This document shows, in pieces, positions 55,079-64,000 of a stretch of 64,000 bases of DNA. The stretch's first letter is position 1; the number at the start of each line of letters is the position of its first letter. This DNA comes from Planctomycetota bacterium (GTDB taxonomy: Bacteria > Planctomycetota > UBA1135 > UBA2386). Location of the stretch: positions 5,600,001-5,664,000 of the forward strand of contig OZ245838.1 of NCBI GenBank assembly GCA_965228735.1. The letters run 5' to 3'. The translations under genes and the position numbers were made by a program. The notes beneath the pieces are model-generated. The model was given only the letters and a program-made list of their open reading frames with translations, was not told the DNA's origin and searched no databases.

Positions 55079-56980
55079 ATGCGCGCCCTCGTCCCCGTCG
55101 CGATGACCGCAGCCGTGCTCGCCGTCGGCCGGCTCCAGGCCCAGGAGGTCCACCCCGACGAACTCGTTCTCAAGCCGCAGGTGGACGAGGCGATCGCGGC
55201 CGGCGTCGAACGTCTCCTCGACCAACAGCTGCGCGACGGCTCGTTCGGCGTGCACGGCAACCACCTCGGTGGCCAGACCGCGCTCTGCGCGTACGCGCTG
55301 CTGAAGTGCGGCGTGCCGCTCGATCATCCGGCGTTGCTGCGCGCGTTCGCGTTCCTCGACAACGTCGAGCCGATCAACACCTACGCGATCGGCTGCATGA
55401 TGCTCGCGTATCACGTGACCGGCGAGGCCGGGCACAACGAGCGCCTCGAGGAGTTGCTCGAGCGGATGCTCGACCGCCAGCACAAACACGGGACGTGGGC
55501 GTACCCGAGCGGGGCGCCCGACCTGTCCAACACCCAGTATGCGGCGCTCGGTCTGTGGGCGGCGAACAAGGCCGGGTGCAAGATCCCGCCCGAGGTCTGG
55601 GAGGAACTGGCGCGCGGCACGATGGCGCACCAGGAAGCGTTTCGCATGGCCGACGTCGGGGAGAGCGGCCGCACCGGCGCCGCGCAACGCGAGATCGCGG
55701 GCTTCCAGTATCACGCCAAGGGTTCCAAGGAGAACACCAACGCGACGGGCACGATGACGACGGCCGGCGTCTCGATCCTGCGCATCTGCGAGATCGGCCT
55801 CGGCAAGAGGTTGCGCGGCAGCGAGCGCAAGGAGCTCACCCGTTCGCTCGAGGCCGGCATGAACTGGCTCGACGTCAACTTCAGCGTGACGCGCGACCAG
55901 AAACCCGACGGCCGTGCCGGGCGCTGGCTGCTCTATTACCTCTACGGCATCGAGCGCGTCGGCGGGCTGATGCGGCGCGAGCAGTTCGGCCAGCACTGGT
56001 GGTACGTCGAGGCCGCGCGCGAGCTGCTGAAGCGCCGCAAGAAGAAGGAGGGCGGCTGGGGTGCCGTGCACGACACGTGCTTTGCGCTGCTCGTGCTGCG
56101 GCGTGCGACGATGTCCGGGCCGATGACCGGTGAGGGCGCCGGCTCTGGCAAGTCGACGCACCTGTTCGCCTCGGGGCGCGCCGGCGACGAGATCCAGCTG
56201 CGCGGCGCCGGCCAGCAGCCGCTCGTGCTCTACATCGAGAAGTTCGGGCAGCGGGTGCTCAGCAAGCACAAGAAGTATGGGCTGCGCATCCTGCGGGTCG
56301 AGTACCTCGAGGGTGAGCGCGTTCTCGGGCAGCTCGCCGCGGATCCGACGAAGGCCTGGACCGAGCTCGACACGTTCGTGCATCGGTGCCCGGCGCTGCC
56401 GTACGGCGTGCACTCGATCCACGCGCGCGTCGTCGCGGTCGCGCCCGAGTGCCCGCCCGGAGAGGTCGCCGAGACCGTGACGTTCGGCTCCAAGCCCATG
56501 GAAGTCCGGATCCGCGACGTCTTCGAGCCGTGGATGCAGGAGCTCGCGGAGATGCAGCGCGACAACGAGCTCAAGGGGATGAAGGTCACGGTGACCGTGA
56601 GCAGCCGGGAGAAGGAAGCGCCGCGCGTCGTCGACGGCATGACGCACACGCACTGGCTGTGCGATCCGGAGGACGAGAGCCCGACGGTGACGCTCGAGTT
56701 CGAAGAGCCCGTGCGCGTGCGCCGTCTCGTGCTCACGCAGCCGCTGCAGAAGCGCGAGGACCTTCGGCGCATGGGGCTCATCCGGCGGCTCGAGGTGCAG
56801 TGGAACGACAGCAAGTCGACCGAGTTCATCGAGCTGCACCCCAACCCGCTCGCGGCGACGGAGTACGAGCTCAAGCGTACGAAGCGCGTGCGCAAGCTGA
56901 CGCTCCAGGTCGTGGATCGCGGGGGCAAGCCCGGGCTGCCCGTCGGCTTCTCCGAGATCGTGGTGGAGCGGCGCAAGTGA
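55079..56980 (+). CDS. Secreted prenyltransferase/squalene-oxidase-repeat (alpha-toroid) protein with a C-terminal discoidin-like domain
   Basis: Q..DGSF, G.TAL..YALL, Q..HG.W.Y..DLSNTQYA.LGL and YYLYGIERVG, then VVDG.T.T.W. Confidence 0.85.
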   Translation: MRALVPVAMTAAVLAVGRLQAQEVHPDELVLKPQVDEAIAAGVERLLDQQLRDGSFGVHGNHLGGQTALCAYALLKCGVPLDHPALLRAFAFLDNVEPINTYAIGCMMLAYHVTGEAGHNERLEELLERMLDRQHKHGTWAYPSGAPDLSNTQYAALGLWAANKAGCKIPPEVWEELARGTMAHQEAFRMADVGESGRTGAAQREIAGFQYHAKGSKENTNATGTMTTAGVSILRICEIGLGKRLRGSERKELTRSLEAGMNWLDVNFSVTRDQKPDGRAGRWLLYYLYGIERVGGLMRREQFGQHWWYVEAARELLKRRKKKEGGWGAVHDTCFALLVLRRATMSGPMTGEGAGSGKSTHLFASGRAGDEIQLRGAGQQPLVLYIEKFGQRVLSKHKKYGLRILRVEYLEGERVLGQLAADPTKAWTELDTFVHRCPALPYGVHSIHARVVAVAPECPPGEVAETVTFGSKPMEVRIRDVFEPWMQELAEMQRDNELKGMKVTVTVSSREKEAPRVVDGMTHTHWLCDPEDESPTVTLEFEEPVRVRRLVLTQPLQKREDLRRMGLIRRLEVQWNDSKSTEFIELHPNPLAATEYELKRTKRVRKLTLQVVDRGGKPGLPVGFSEIVVERRK

Positions 56981-58644
56981 GCCGGCGGACTTCGTGGTTG
57001 CTCGCCGGCGTCGCGGTGATCGCCGGCGCTGCAGCGCTGCCCGCGCAGAACGGGGATGTCGGCAAGGCGCTGCGCGCGCTGCGGGGCGGCGATGCCGACG
57101 CCTACGAGCCGGCGGAACGCCGGGCGCTCGTGCGCACCGTGCTCGCCGACCCGGAACGGCACCGCGCGCTCGAGGACGCGCTCGACGCCCGGATCGCGGT
57201 GGCCGTGCGCGACTATGCGGACGCGCTCGATGAACCGATCCGCGCGGCCTACATCGATCGCCTCCGGTCGCTCGAGCCGGCAGAGCTGCGCGAAGTCGCG
57301 CGCGTGCGACGCGTGTGGCGCAACTACGTCCTGCAACCGTCGACGCAGCTGCACTTCCAGCAACACTTCCTCGAACCCGCGACGGCCGTCGGTCAGCTGC
57401 TGCTGCCCGACGTCGCGCTGCTCGGCACCAAGGCGAGCGCTGCGGTGCTGCGGCGGATGCGCGAGCTCGACGGCTACCGTACGCTCGTGCGCGAGGCGCA
57501 GGGGCTCGGCGAGGATCCGACGGCGGGCCGGAAGGCGCCGACCGGCATCCCGCTGCCGCCGCTCGATCGACCGCGTGGCTTCGAGGAGTTCCTCGATCAT
57601 CTGCATCGCTCGCTGGCTGTCGCGAGCAGCGTCGCGGCGAAAGGGGCGCGCGATATCCTGCTGGACAACGCCGTGCAGGCGCGCTTCATCGACTTCGAGG
57701 AAGCGGAGTTCGTGCTCTACAGCAACGAGATCCGCGCGCTCATGGGCGTCGTCGCGTGGTCGACGGACGTGCTCGCATGCGCCGCGACCCGCGATCACAG
57801 CAAGGATCGCGTCGAGGGCAACGCGAAGGGTCACTGGTCGAGCCTGCCGGGCAAGCGCGGCTTCGTCGATCGCCTGCGGCGCTTCGGCACGGGCGGCACG
57901 AGCGAGGGTGCCGGCGGCGGCAACAGCGGGCGCCGCTACCTGCACGGTCTGAGCTACGGCGGCGGTCACACCGGGCCGCTGTACTCGATGCAGCGGAACC
58001 AGGTCGGGGTCGGGCGCTTCGGCAACTGCTACACGAGCACGTACGGCAAGAACGGGGGCAAGATCCACTCGTGTCAGGCCAGCGAGGGCGAGCTGTTCAT
58101 GCCGCCCGGGATCGGCCCGTCGGACATCGCGAGCAAGAGTCTGGAGGGCGTCTACCAGACGCTGTTGTTCGAGAACTACGTCGGCGCCGAGCAACTGCTC
58201 GACGAGGCGAAGGCAAAGACCGCGCCCGACAAGTTTCTGCGCAAGTACCTCGCCATCGCGATCGACGTCGAGGCGGATTGGCAGATCGAGTGCCTGCGGC
58301 GCTACGCGACCGTTGGCGACCTGCTCGCGGTCGAGCACCGGATCGCGACCATCCGCGGTATGTTCGGCGACTCGCTCGACCAGCGGTTGCGGCCGTTCGA
58401 GAAGCGGCTCGCGACGCGCGCGGCGGCCGATGTGCTCGCCGCCGGGCGCGACTTCGAGGCGGCGTGCAAGAGCGCGGACCAGGGGGCGTTCGAGGTCGTG
58501 ACGACCGCGCATCCGGAAACGGTCTACGCGCAGGCGGCACAGCACTATCTCGCCGCGGAGCAGGACAAGCACAAGGAGCCGCGCAGCTGGTTCCTCACCG
58601 TCGATCCGTACCTCGCCCGTTTCGAGTTCATGAACCCCAGGTAG
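56977..58644 (+). CDS. Secreted CAP (SCP) domain protein
   Basis: N..R..MG, L..A.RDHS.D, GH.S, SE and GH...L....N.VGVG motifs. GTGA overlap with the upstream gene. Confidence 0.78.
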   Translation: MSRRTSWLLAGVAVIAGAAALPAQNGDVGKALRALRGGDADAYEPAERRALVRTVLADPERHRALEDALDARIAVAVRDYADALDEPIRAAYIDRLRSLEPAELREVARVRRVWRNYVLQPSTQLHFQQHFLEPATAVGQLLLPDVALLGTKASAAVLRRMRELDGYRTLVREAQGLGEDPTAGRKAPTGIPLPPLDRPRGFEEFLDHLHRSLAVASSVAAKGARDILLDNAVQARFIDFEEAEFVLYSNEIRALMGVVAWSTDVLACAATRDHSKDRVEGNAKGHWSSLPGKRGFVDRLRRFGTGGTSEGAGGGNSGRRYLHGLSYGGGHTGPLYSMQRNQVGVGRFGNCYTSTYGKNGGKIHSCQASEGELFMPPGIGPSDIASKSLEGVYQTLLFENYVGAEQLLDEAKAKTAPDKFLRKYLAIAIDVEADWQIECLRRYATVGDLLAVEHRIATIRGMFGDSLDQRLRPFEKRLATRAAADVLAAGRDFEAACKSADQGAFEVVTTAHPETVYAQAAQHYLAAEQDKHKEPRSWFLTVDPYLARFEFMNPR

Positions 58645-58648
58645 CGCC

Positions 58649-59806
58649 ATGCCACACGTCCCCGTCGGGTCCGTTCTTCTCGTCCTTGTCGCCGCGACCG
58701 CTGGGAGCGCGAGGTTGAAGGCCCAATGGACCGGCGAGTGGACGATGGACATGACGGCGGGCAGCGTCGCGTTCGACCTGACGCCCAACGCCAACGACGG
58801 CGCGCTCATGAGCTTCACGGGGCCCAACCCATGGGTGCCGGGGATGTTCGGCAACGCGCTCTCGTTCGACGGGGTCGACGACTACGTGATGACGGCCAAC
58901 CAGACCGCCTCGATCTACGACGGTCTCGGGTCGCCCTACTCGGTGTGCTATTGGGTCAAAGCGCCGGCGCAGAACAACGCGTTCGTCTACGCCGAGGGCA
59001 CGATCGGCACGTCGGCGATCTTCATCTTCGGCAGCGGCCAGTTCCTGGCGGACCAGGACAAGTTTCGCACCTACCTGCGGAACGATCAGGGCGACGTGCC
59101 GCTCGTCGGAGTGTCCGACACGGTCGTCTACGACGACACGTGGCACCACGTCGCGTTCGTCGACGTCGCGGGCGACGTCAGCCTCTACATCGACGGCGTG
59201 CTCGACACGGCGACCATCGCCTACGATCCGTTGCGGCTGCCGGGCATGCCCGGTCACGGCACGTTCTCGATGAATACGGCGTCGATCGGCGCGCTGCGGC
59301 GCGGGTCGGTCTGCTGCAACATGGTCGGTCTCGTCGACGACCTGCGGCTCTACGACTTCGCGATGACCCAGACGGACGTGATGCTCGCGATGGCCAGCGT
59401 GCCGCTGATCACCGAGTCGGCGAGTGTCGGCGAGTACGGCGTCGGGTGCGGCGCGGGGCCGTTCGACGCGGTCGGTGTCGGCAGCGCGTCGCTCGGCGGC
59501 CCGGGGCTGCGTGTGGACATGCAGTCGGGACCGCCGAACGCACTCGCGTTTCAGCTCTGCAGCTTCCGGCCGATCCAGCCCGTCGACCTCGGGCAGTTCG
59601 GCTTCGCCGGTTGCACGGGCTACCCCCAGACGCCGACGTCGTTCGTCGTCGGGTTCCTGGACGCGGCGGGCAGTGGCAGCGGCCCGCTGATCGCGATCCC
59701 CAACAACCCGCTGCTGTCGTTCGTGCCGCTCAACTGTCAGGCGGCGGTGCTCGCCGGTTCGACGATCGAGTTCTCCGACGTCGTGCTCGCGGTGATGGGG
59801 CGGTAG
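58649..59806 (+). CDS. Secreted LamG-like jellyroll protein with the shared C-terminal domain
   Basis: G.FGNALSFDGVDDYV, D.TWHHVA, LYIDG and G.VDDLRLYD.A, then YGVGC...FGFAGC...IPN.P.L...Q. Confidence 0.9.
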   Translation: MPHVPVGSVLLVLVAATAGSARLKAQWTGEWTMDMTAGSVAFDLTPNANDGALMSFTGPNPWVPGMFGNALSFDGVDDYVMTANQTASIYDGLGSPYSVCYWVKAPAQNNAFVYAEGTIGTSAIFIFGSGQFLADQDKFRTYLRNDQGDVPLVGVSDTVVYDDTWHHVAFVDVAGDVSLYIDGVLDTATIAYDPLRLPGMPGHGTFSMNTASIGALRRGSVCCNMVGLVDDLRLYDFAMTQTDVMLAMASVPLITESASVGEYGVGCGAGPFDAVGVGSASLGGPGLRVDMQSGPPNALAFQLCSFRPIQPVDLGQFGFAGCTGYPQTPTSFVVGFLDAAGSGSGPLIAIPNNPLLSFVPLNCQAAVLAGSTIEFSDVVLAVMGR

Positions 59807-59821
59807 CGGCCGCGGCGATGT

Positions 59822-60253
59822 TCAGCGCGGTTGGCGCGGCTCGCCGTTGACCGTGACCTCTCGCCCTGGGCCCGCGCCGACCATGACTTCGTCCCCAGGT
59901 GCAACCGGGCCGTGGTCGCGGCCGCCGACCCACATGGGCCGGGTCGTGAGTTCGCCCGTCGTCACCGCCGGGCCGAGGTGCACGACGACCTCGCCGAACG
60001 TGAGGGCGGCGTCGAAGCGGATCTCCCGACCGTCGAGCGTCGTCGTGCCGCTCGTCGAGAAGCTCGACCCGCCTTCGCCGGTCGCTTCGACGGTGAACGC
60101 GATGTCCCAGACCTTGGCCGTCCCGTGACCGTCCGTGACGTTGATGACGCCCTCGGGCGTCATGCTCGCCGCATCGCGCCCCCCGCAGGCGGCGAGGCCG
60201 GCGGCCAGCGTGAACGAAATCGCTAGCAGGAACGGGGTCGGGCGCGCGCGCAT
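59822..60253 (-). CDS. Hypothetical lipoprotein
   Basis: Lipobox LAAC and a beta-rich body. Confidence 0.75.
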   Translation of the reverse strand: MRARPTPFLLAISFTLAAGLAACGGRDAASMTPEGVINVTDGHGTAKVWDIAFTVEATGEGGSSFSTSGTTTLDGREIRFDAALTFGEVVVHLGPAVTTGELTTRPMWVGGRDHGPVAPGDEVMVGAGPGREVTVNGEPRQPR

Positions 60254-60329
60254 GACCCCCGGTGTAGCCGGTGAGTCATCGCGCGCAAGGCGCGGCTTCT
60301 GCCGCTCGGTCCGGTTCAGGTACCCGAAC

Positions 60330-62273
60330 TCAGCGGCGGAACAGGCCGCCCGTCGTGCCGACGAACACGCTCGAGTTCTGGATCATCACGGACCAGGCCT
60401 CGACCGGTTCGAGGCCGGTGTTGAACTGCACCCAGGTGTCGCCCTGGTTCTCGCTGATGTAGACGCCCGGGAACCGCCCGTCGTCACTGTCGCCGGGGCT
60501 GACCGCGTAGATGACGTTGCTGTTGCTCGGCATCACCGCGATGTCCGCGATCGTGTCCGCGTTCATGCCGCTGTTGCGGCGGCGCCAGTCCGCGCCGCCG
60601 TCGAGCGACCGGTAGACGCTGTCGTTGACCGTGCCGACGTAGAGCGTGTCCGGCGCGTTGGGGTCGATCGCGATGCAGTTGAGCACCGGGTCGTCGAGGT
60701 CGTTGTTCGCGCCGGCCCAGTTGGCGCCGCCGTCGGTGCTCTTGAAGACGCCGCCGCGGGTCGCGAGGTAGACGATGCTGGTCGTCGTCGGGTGGATCGC
60801 GATGTCGTAGACCTGCAGGTTGATGAGGCCCGTGTTGCTCGCGGCCCAGTTGTTGCCGCCGTCCGTGCTGAGGAACAGGCCGCCACCGTCCGTGCCGGCG
60901 AAGACCGTGAGCGGGTTGGCGGAGTCGATCGCGACCGCGCGCACGTCGAGGTCGGTCAGGCCCGTGTTGACCGCGGTCCACGTGCCGCCCTCGTCCTGCG
61001 TGCGGAAGACGCCGCCGCCGAGCGCGCCGACGTAGACGGTCACGGTGTCGGTGCTGACGGCCACCGACGTGAGTTCGAAGTCGGTCACGCCATTGCTGCG
61101 CAGCGTCCAGTTCGCGCCGCTGTCCGTGCTGAGGTGCGGGCCGTTCTGCGTCGCGACCCAGTGGCGTGACGGGAAGTTCGGCGCGAACGCCATGGCCCGG
61201 ATCGAGCCGCCGGTCAGGCCGGTGCAGCTCACGGCCCAGGTCGCCGCGTCGTCCGTGGACGCGAACACGCCGCTGCCGTCCGTGCCCGCGACGAGCCGCG
61301 TCGGGTCGGCGCGGTTGATGATGAGCGCCTCGACGTCGTCGAACAACAGGCCGGTCGAGACGGCGGTCCAGTTCGTCGCGCCGTCGAGCGTGCGGTAGAT
61401 GCCGCTGCCGTTCGTCGTCGCGTAGACCGTCGTCGTCGTCGAGTGGTGGACGCGCAGGGCCTGGATGCCGACGTTCGGCACGCCGGTGCTCGACGACGTC
61501 CACGACGTTCCCGAATTGGTCGTCTTGAAGATGCCGCCCGTGTTGGTGCCGGCGTAGGCCGTCGTCGGATCGAACGGATCGACCGCGAGGGCCTCGCAGT
61601 TGGACGGGCCGGTGCCCGTCGCGGTCCAGCTGTCGGCGCCGTCCGTGGACACGAACACGCCGTCGGGCGTGCCCGCGTAGACGACGCTCGTGTTCGACTC
61701 GGCGAGCGCGATGGCGTAGACGTTCTGGTTGGTCAAACCGGAGACCTCGCGCGACCAAGTGCCGCCGTTGTCCGTCGACTTGTAGACACCGCGGCCGATC
61801 GTGCCGGCGTAGAGCGTCGTCGGGGTCGTCCGATCGACCACGAGCGCGCGGACGTCGGTGTCCGACAGGCCGAAGTTCGCCTCGGTCCACGTCACGCCGC
61901 CGTCGGTGCTGCGGTAGACGCCGCCGCGCAGCAGACCCGCGAACACCGTCGTTGGCGTCGTCGGGTTGACCGCGATCGCGGTAACGCGCGCGGTGCCGCC
62001 GAGCGGGTCGACGACCGCGTCGGGCAGGCCGGTGCCCGTCGCCGCCCACGTTGCGCCGAAGTCCGTGCTGCGGAACACGCCGCGCGCGGCCGTGCCGGCG
62101 TACAGGGTCGTGCCCGACTCGCCGCCGAGGCTGACGACCTCGCCGCCATCCATGCCGGTGTTGGTGGCCTGGAACTCACCGGCGCCGGCGACCCCGCCGC
62201 CGCCACCGCCACCGCATGCGGCGAAGAAGAACGTGGAGAGGACGAGGGTCGGGCGAGTGATGTTCGGCGTCAT
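60330..62273 (-). CDS. Lipoprotein with about 13 Asp-box (BNR/VPS10-like) propeller repeats
   Basis: FAAC-G7 followed by tandem YAGT..GV..STDGG..W....GL repeats. Confidence 0.9.
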   Translation of the reverse strand: MTPNITRPTLVLSTFFFAACGGGGGGGVAGAGEFQATNTGMDGGEVVSLGGESGTTLYAGTAARGVFRSTDFGATWAATGTGLPDAVVDPLGGTARVTAIAVNPTTPTTVFAGLLRGGVYRSTDGGVTWTEANFGLSDTDVRALVVDRTTPTTLYAGTIGRGVYKSTDNGGTWSREVSGLTNQNVYAIALAESNTSVVYAGTPDGVFVSTDGADSWTATGTGPSNCEALAVDPFDPTTAYAGTNTGGIFKTTNSGTSWTSSSTGVPNVGIQALRVHHSTTTTVYATTNGSGIYRTLDGATNWTAVSTGLLFDDVEALIINRADPTRLVAGTDGSGVFASTDDAATWAVSCTGLTGGSIRAMAFAPNFPSRHWVATQNGPHLSTDSGANWTLRSNGVTDFELTSVAVSTDTVTVYVGALGGGVFRTQDEGGTWTAVNTGLTDLDVRAVAIDSANPLTVFAGTDGGGLFLSTDGGNNWAASNTGLINLQVYDIAIHPTTTSIVYLATRGGVFKSTDGGANWAGANNDLDDPVLNCIAIDPNAPDTLYVGTVNDSVYRSLDGGADWRRRNSGMNADTIADIAVMPSNSNVIYAVSPGDSDDGRFPGVYISENQGDTWVQFNTGLEPVEAWSVMIQNSSVFVGTTGGLFRR

Positions 62274-62477
62274 GATGATCGCGTCTCTTGCAGCAGGCTC
62301 GGATTCAGCGAAGACGTCGCTTCTGTCGCTGGCAGCGCTATCGGTCGCGGTCACCCGTGTTCTTGCGTGATTGCCCGCATCGCGGTGTCTCGATCCGAGC
62401 CATGTCTCGGGCCGGAGCGGCCGAGTTGCGCGTTCTGCACCCCGATCGCGGCCGCTGCCTGCCGATGGCAGCGGGCG

Positions 62478-62507
62478 TTCAAGTCCCGCCGGCACTGTGG
62501 TCGATGT
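62478..62507 (+). promoter_or_regulatory. Sigma28-like promoter of the FkbM gene
   Basis: TTCAAG-N16-GTCGATGT, 10 nt upstream of the ATG. Confidence 0.4.
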
Positions 62508-62517
62508 CGACACTGCG

Positions 62518-63456
62518 ATGATCGAACCCCCGAATCTCACCGTGCTGCTCCGCGAGGGCGCGGAGGCGCTCGCGAGCGGCGACTTCCAGACCGCCGAAGC
62601 GATCGCACGGCGCGGGCTCGAGCACAACCTCGAGAACGAGGGTGCGCTGGATCTCCTGCTCGCCGTGCTCGAGCGCACGGATCGTCTGCCCGAGGCCTAC
62701 GTCATCCAGCGGCAGGTGCTCGCGCACTTCCGGGCGCTGCGGCTGCAGAACACGATCGGTTTCGGACTGGTGCTGCTGGACGAGCTCGGCTTCCGTCCGC
62801 GTGGCCTGATCGACGTCGGCGCCTACACGGGTGAGTTCACGCTGCTCGCCCGCCAGTTCTGGCCGGACGCGAGTGTCGTGATGATCGAGCCGCAGGCTGC
62901 CCGCCGCGAACATCTCGAGGAGATCAGCAACGAGCTCGGCGGTGACGTTCATGTGTTCTCGACCCTCGTTGGCGACCGCGAGCGCCCCGAGGTCGCGTTC
63001 CATCAGCTGTCGACGCCGTTCGGTTCGACCGGCTCGTCGCTCTACCCCGAGACGAGCGACTACGATCGCGAGGTCGTGAGTCTGCCGATGACGACCGTCG
63101 ACGCCCTCATCGAGCAGCATCCGGGACGCCGCTTCGACCTCCTCAAGGTCGATGTGCAGGGCGCCGAGCTCGACGTGCTACGCGGCGCGGGCGTCTGCCT
63201 CGGCAACGTCGAGGTCGTGTTCGCCGAGGTCGCCCTGCACGAGTGCAACGCAGGCGCTCCGCGGCTCGCCGAGCTCGTGCGTGCGCTCGACGACTGGGGT
63301 TTCCAGGCGTTCGATCTGCTGCAGATGGGGCGCGACGAGCTGCAGGTGCAGCGCCAGGTCGACGCGATCTTCGTGCACCGCGACTCGCCGCTGTGGCAGC
63401 GCGTCGGGCGGCAGGTGCGGCGATCCGCTGTTGCTACCCCGGCAGCTGCAGACTGA
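62518..63456 (+). CDS. FkbM family methyltransferase with an N-terminal TPR
   Basis: IDVGAY.G, MIEP, GSSLY, TVD, LLKVDVQGAELDVL.GA and Q.DAIFV motifs. Confidence 0.9.
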   Translation: MIEPPNLTVLLREGAEALASGDFQTAEAIARRGLEHNLENEGALDLLLAVLERTDRLPEAYVIQRQVLAHFRALRLQNTIGFGLVLLDELGFRPRGLIDVGAYTGEFTLLARQFWPDASVVMIEPQAARREHLEEISNELGGDVHVFSTLVGDRERPEVAFHQLSTPFGSTGSSLYPETSDYDREVVSLPMTTVDALIEQHPGRRFDLLKVDVQGAELDVLRGAGVCLGNVEVVFAEVALHECNAGAPRLAELVRALDDWGFQAFDLLQMGRDELQVQRQVDAIFVHRDSPLWQRVGRQVRRSAVATPAAAD

Positions 63457-64000
63457 TCTCACCGGTCACGGCACCCGCGGGCAGATCGACGTCTTCGAAC
63501 ACGTGTGGCTCGGGGTTCGCACTGCTTCGCACCTCGACGCGGAACGGTCGCAGCGGTGCGGGAAAGACCTCGACGCGGCCGTCACCGTCCGTCTCGAGTC
63601 CGCCGGGCAGGTGATACCCCGGTCGCTTGATCGTCACGGTGTGACCGACGACGGGCTGCCCGTCGGCCGTCGTGAAGCGAATGCGCGCGCGCCGCAGCGG
63701 GAGGTCGAAGTCCTGCTCGCGCGATTCGCCGGGCGCGAGCGTCCAGGTTTCCTCCGGCTGGAACACCACCCACCCCGGGCCCGGTTGGGCGGGGTAGGTG
63801 ACCGTGAACCCGTATTCGCCGGGCGGGACGAGGCCGCGATATCGCCCCTCGGAGTCGGTCGCGACGCGCAGGCTGCGCAACGATCGCCCGCCGCTGCGCC
63901 CGCCGACCGTCCGCAAGAAGCAGTGCACGTCGGCGAGCGGTGCGCCGCCGGCGATCACGCGGCCGAACGTCGTCGCCGGCAGCAGCGGCGCGAGGTCGAT
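63434..64000 (-). CDS. 5'-partial CarboxypepD_reg-like repeat protein
   Basis: Open to the window end. IDLAPLLPATTFGRV and TDSEGRY resemble the C-terminus of 6055..8727. Confidence 0.8.
   Translation of the reverse strand: MDLAPLLPATTFGRVIAGGAPLADVHCFLRTVGGRSGGRSLRSLRVATDSEGRYRGLVPPGEYGFTVTYPAQPGPGWVVFQPEETWTLAPGESREQDFDLPLRRARIRFTTADGQPVVGHTVTIKRPGYHLPGGLETDGDGRVEVFPAPLRPFRVEVRSSANPEPHVFEDVDLPAGAVTGEISLQLPG

Noticed and set aside
55079..56980. Squalene-hopene cyclase
   Set aside because: It has a signal peptide, a single barrel and no DxDD motif.

Overview
High-GC (roughly 70%), gene-dense bacterial chromosome with about 55 genes. It is most likely from an uncultured Planctomycetota lineage, inferred from the ECF sigma factor types, the prenyltransferase-repeat protein and the many large secreted proteins. 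I found no rRNA, tRNA, CRISPR array, integrase or transposase. Main points: (1) a glutaredoxin that the ORF track truncates, with an in-frame UGA in a U-P-A-C active site and a SECIS-like hairpin after it, so probably a selenoprotein; (2) a three-gene operon of a heme-oxygenase-like diiron enzyme, a SAM methyltransferase and a TauD dioxygenase, possibly an orphan small-molecule pathway; (3) an H-NOX gene followed by a stand-alone HAMP-like protein and a HAMP-histidine kinase that share an invariant 13-aa motif; (4) up to seven unrelated secreted proteins ending in a similar ~120-130 aa C-terminal domain, a candidate sorting or anchoring signal; (5) a sigma28-like promoter motif repeated before FapA, glycosylation and signalling genes; (6) a Phd/YefM-ParE toxin-antitoxin pair with a TGTACA-12bp-TGTACA operator; (7) a 31-bp perfect inverted-repeat element at the breakpoint of a truncated serine hydrolase. 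All family calls come from reading motifs by eye, not from database searches.
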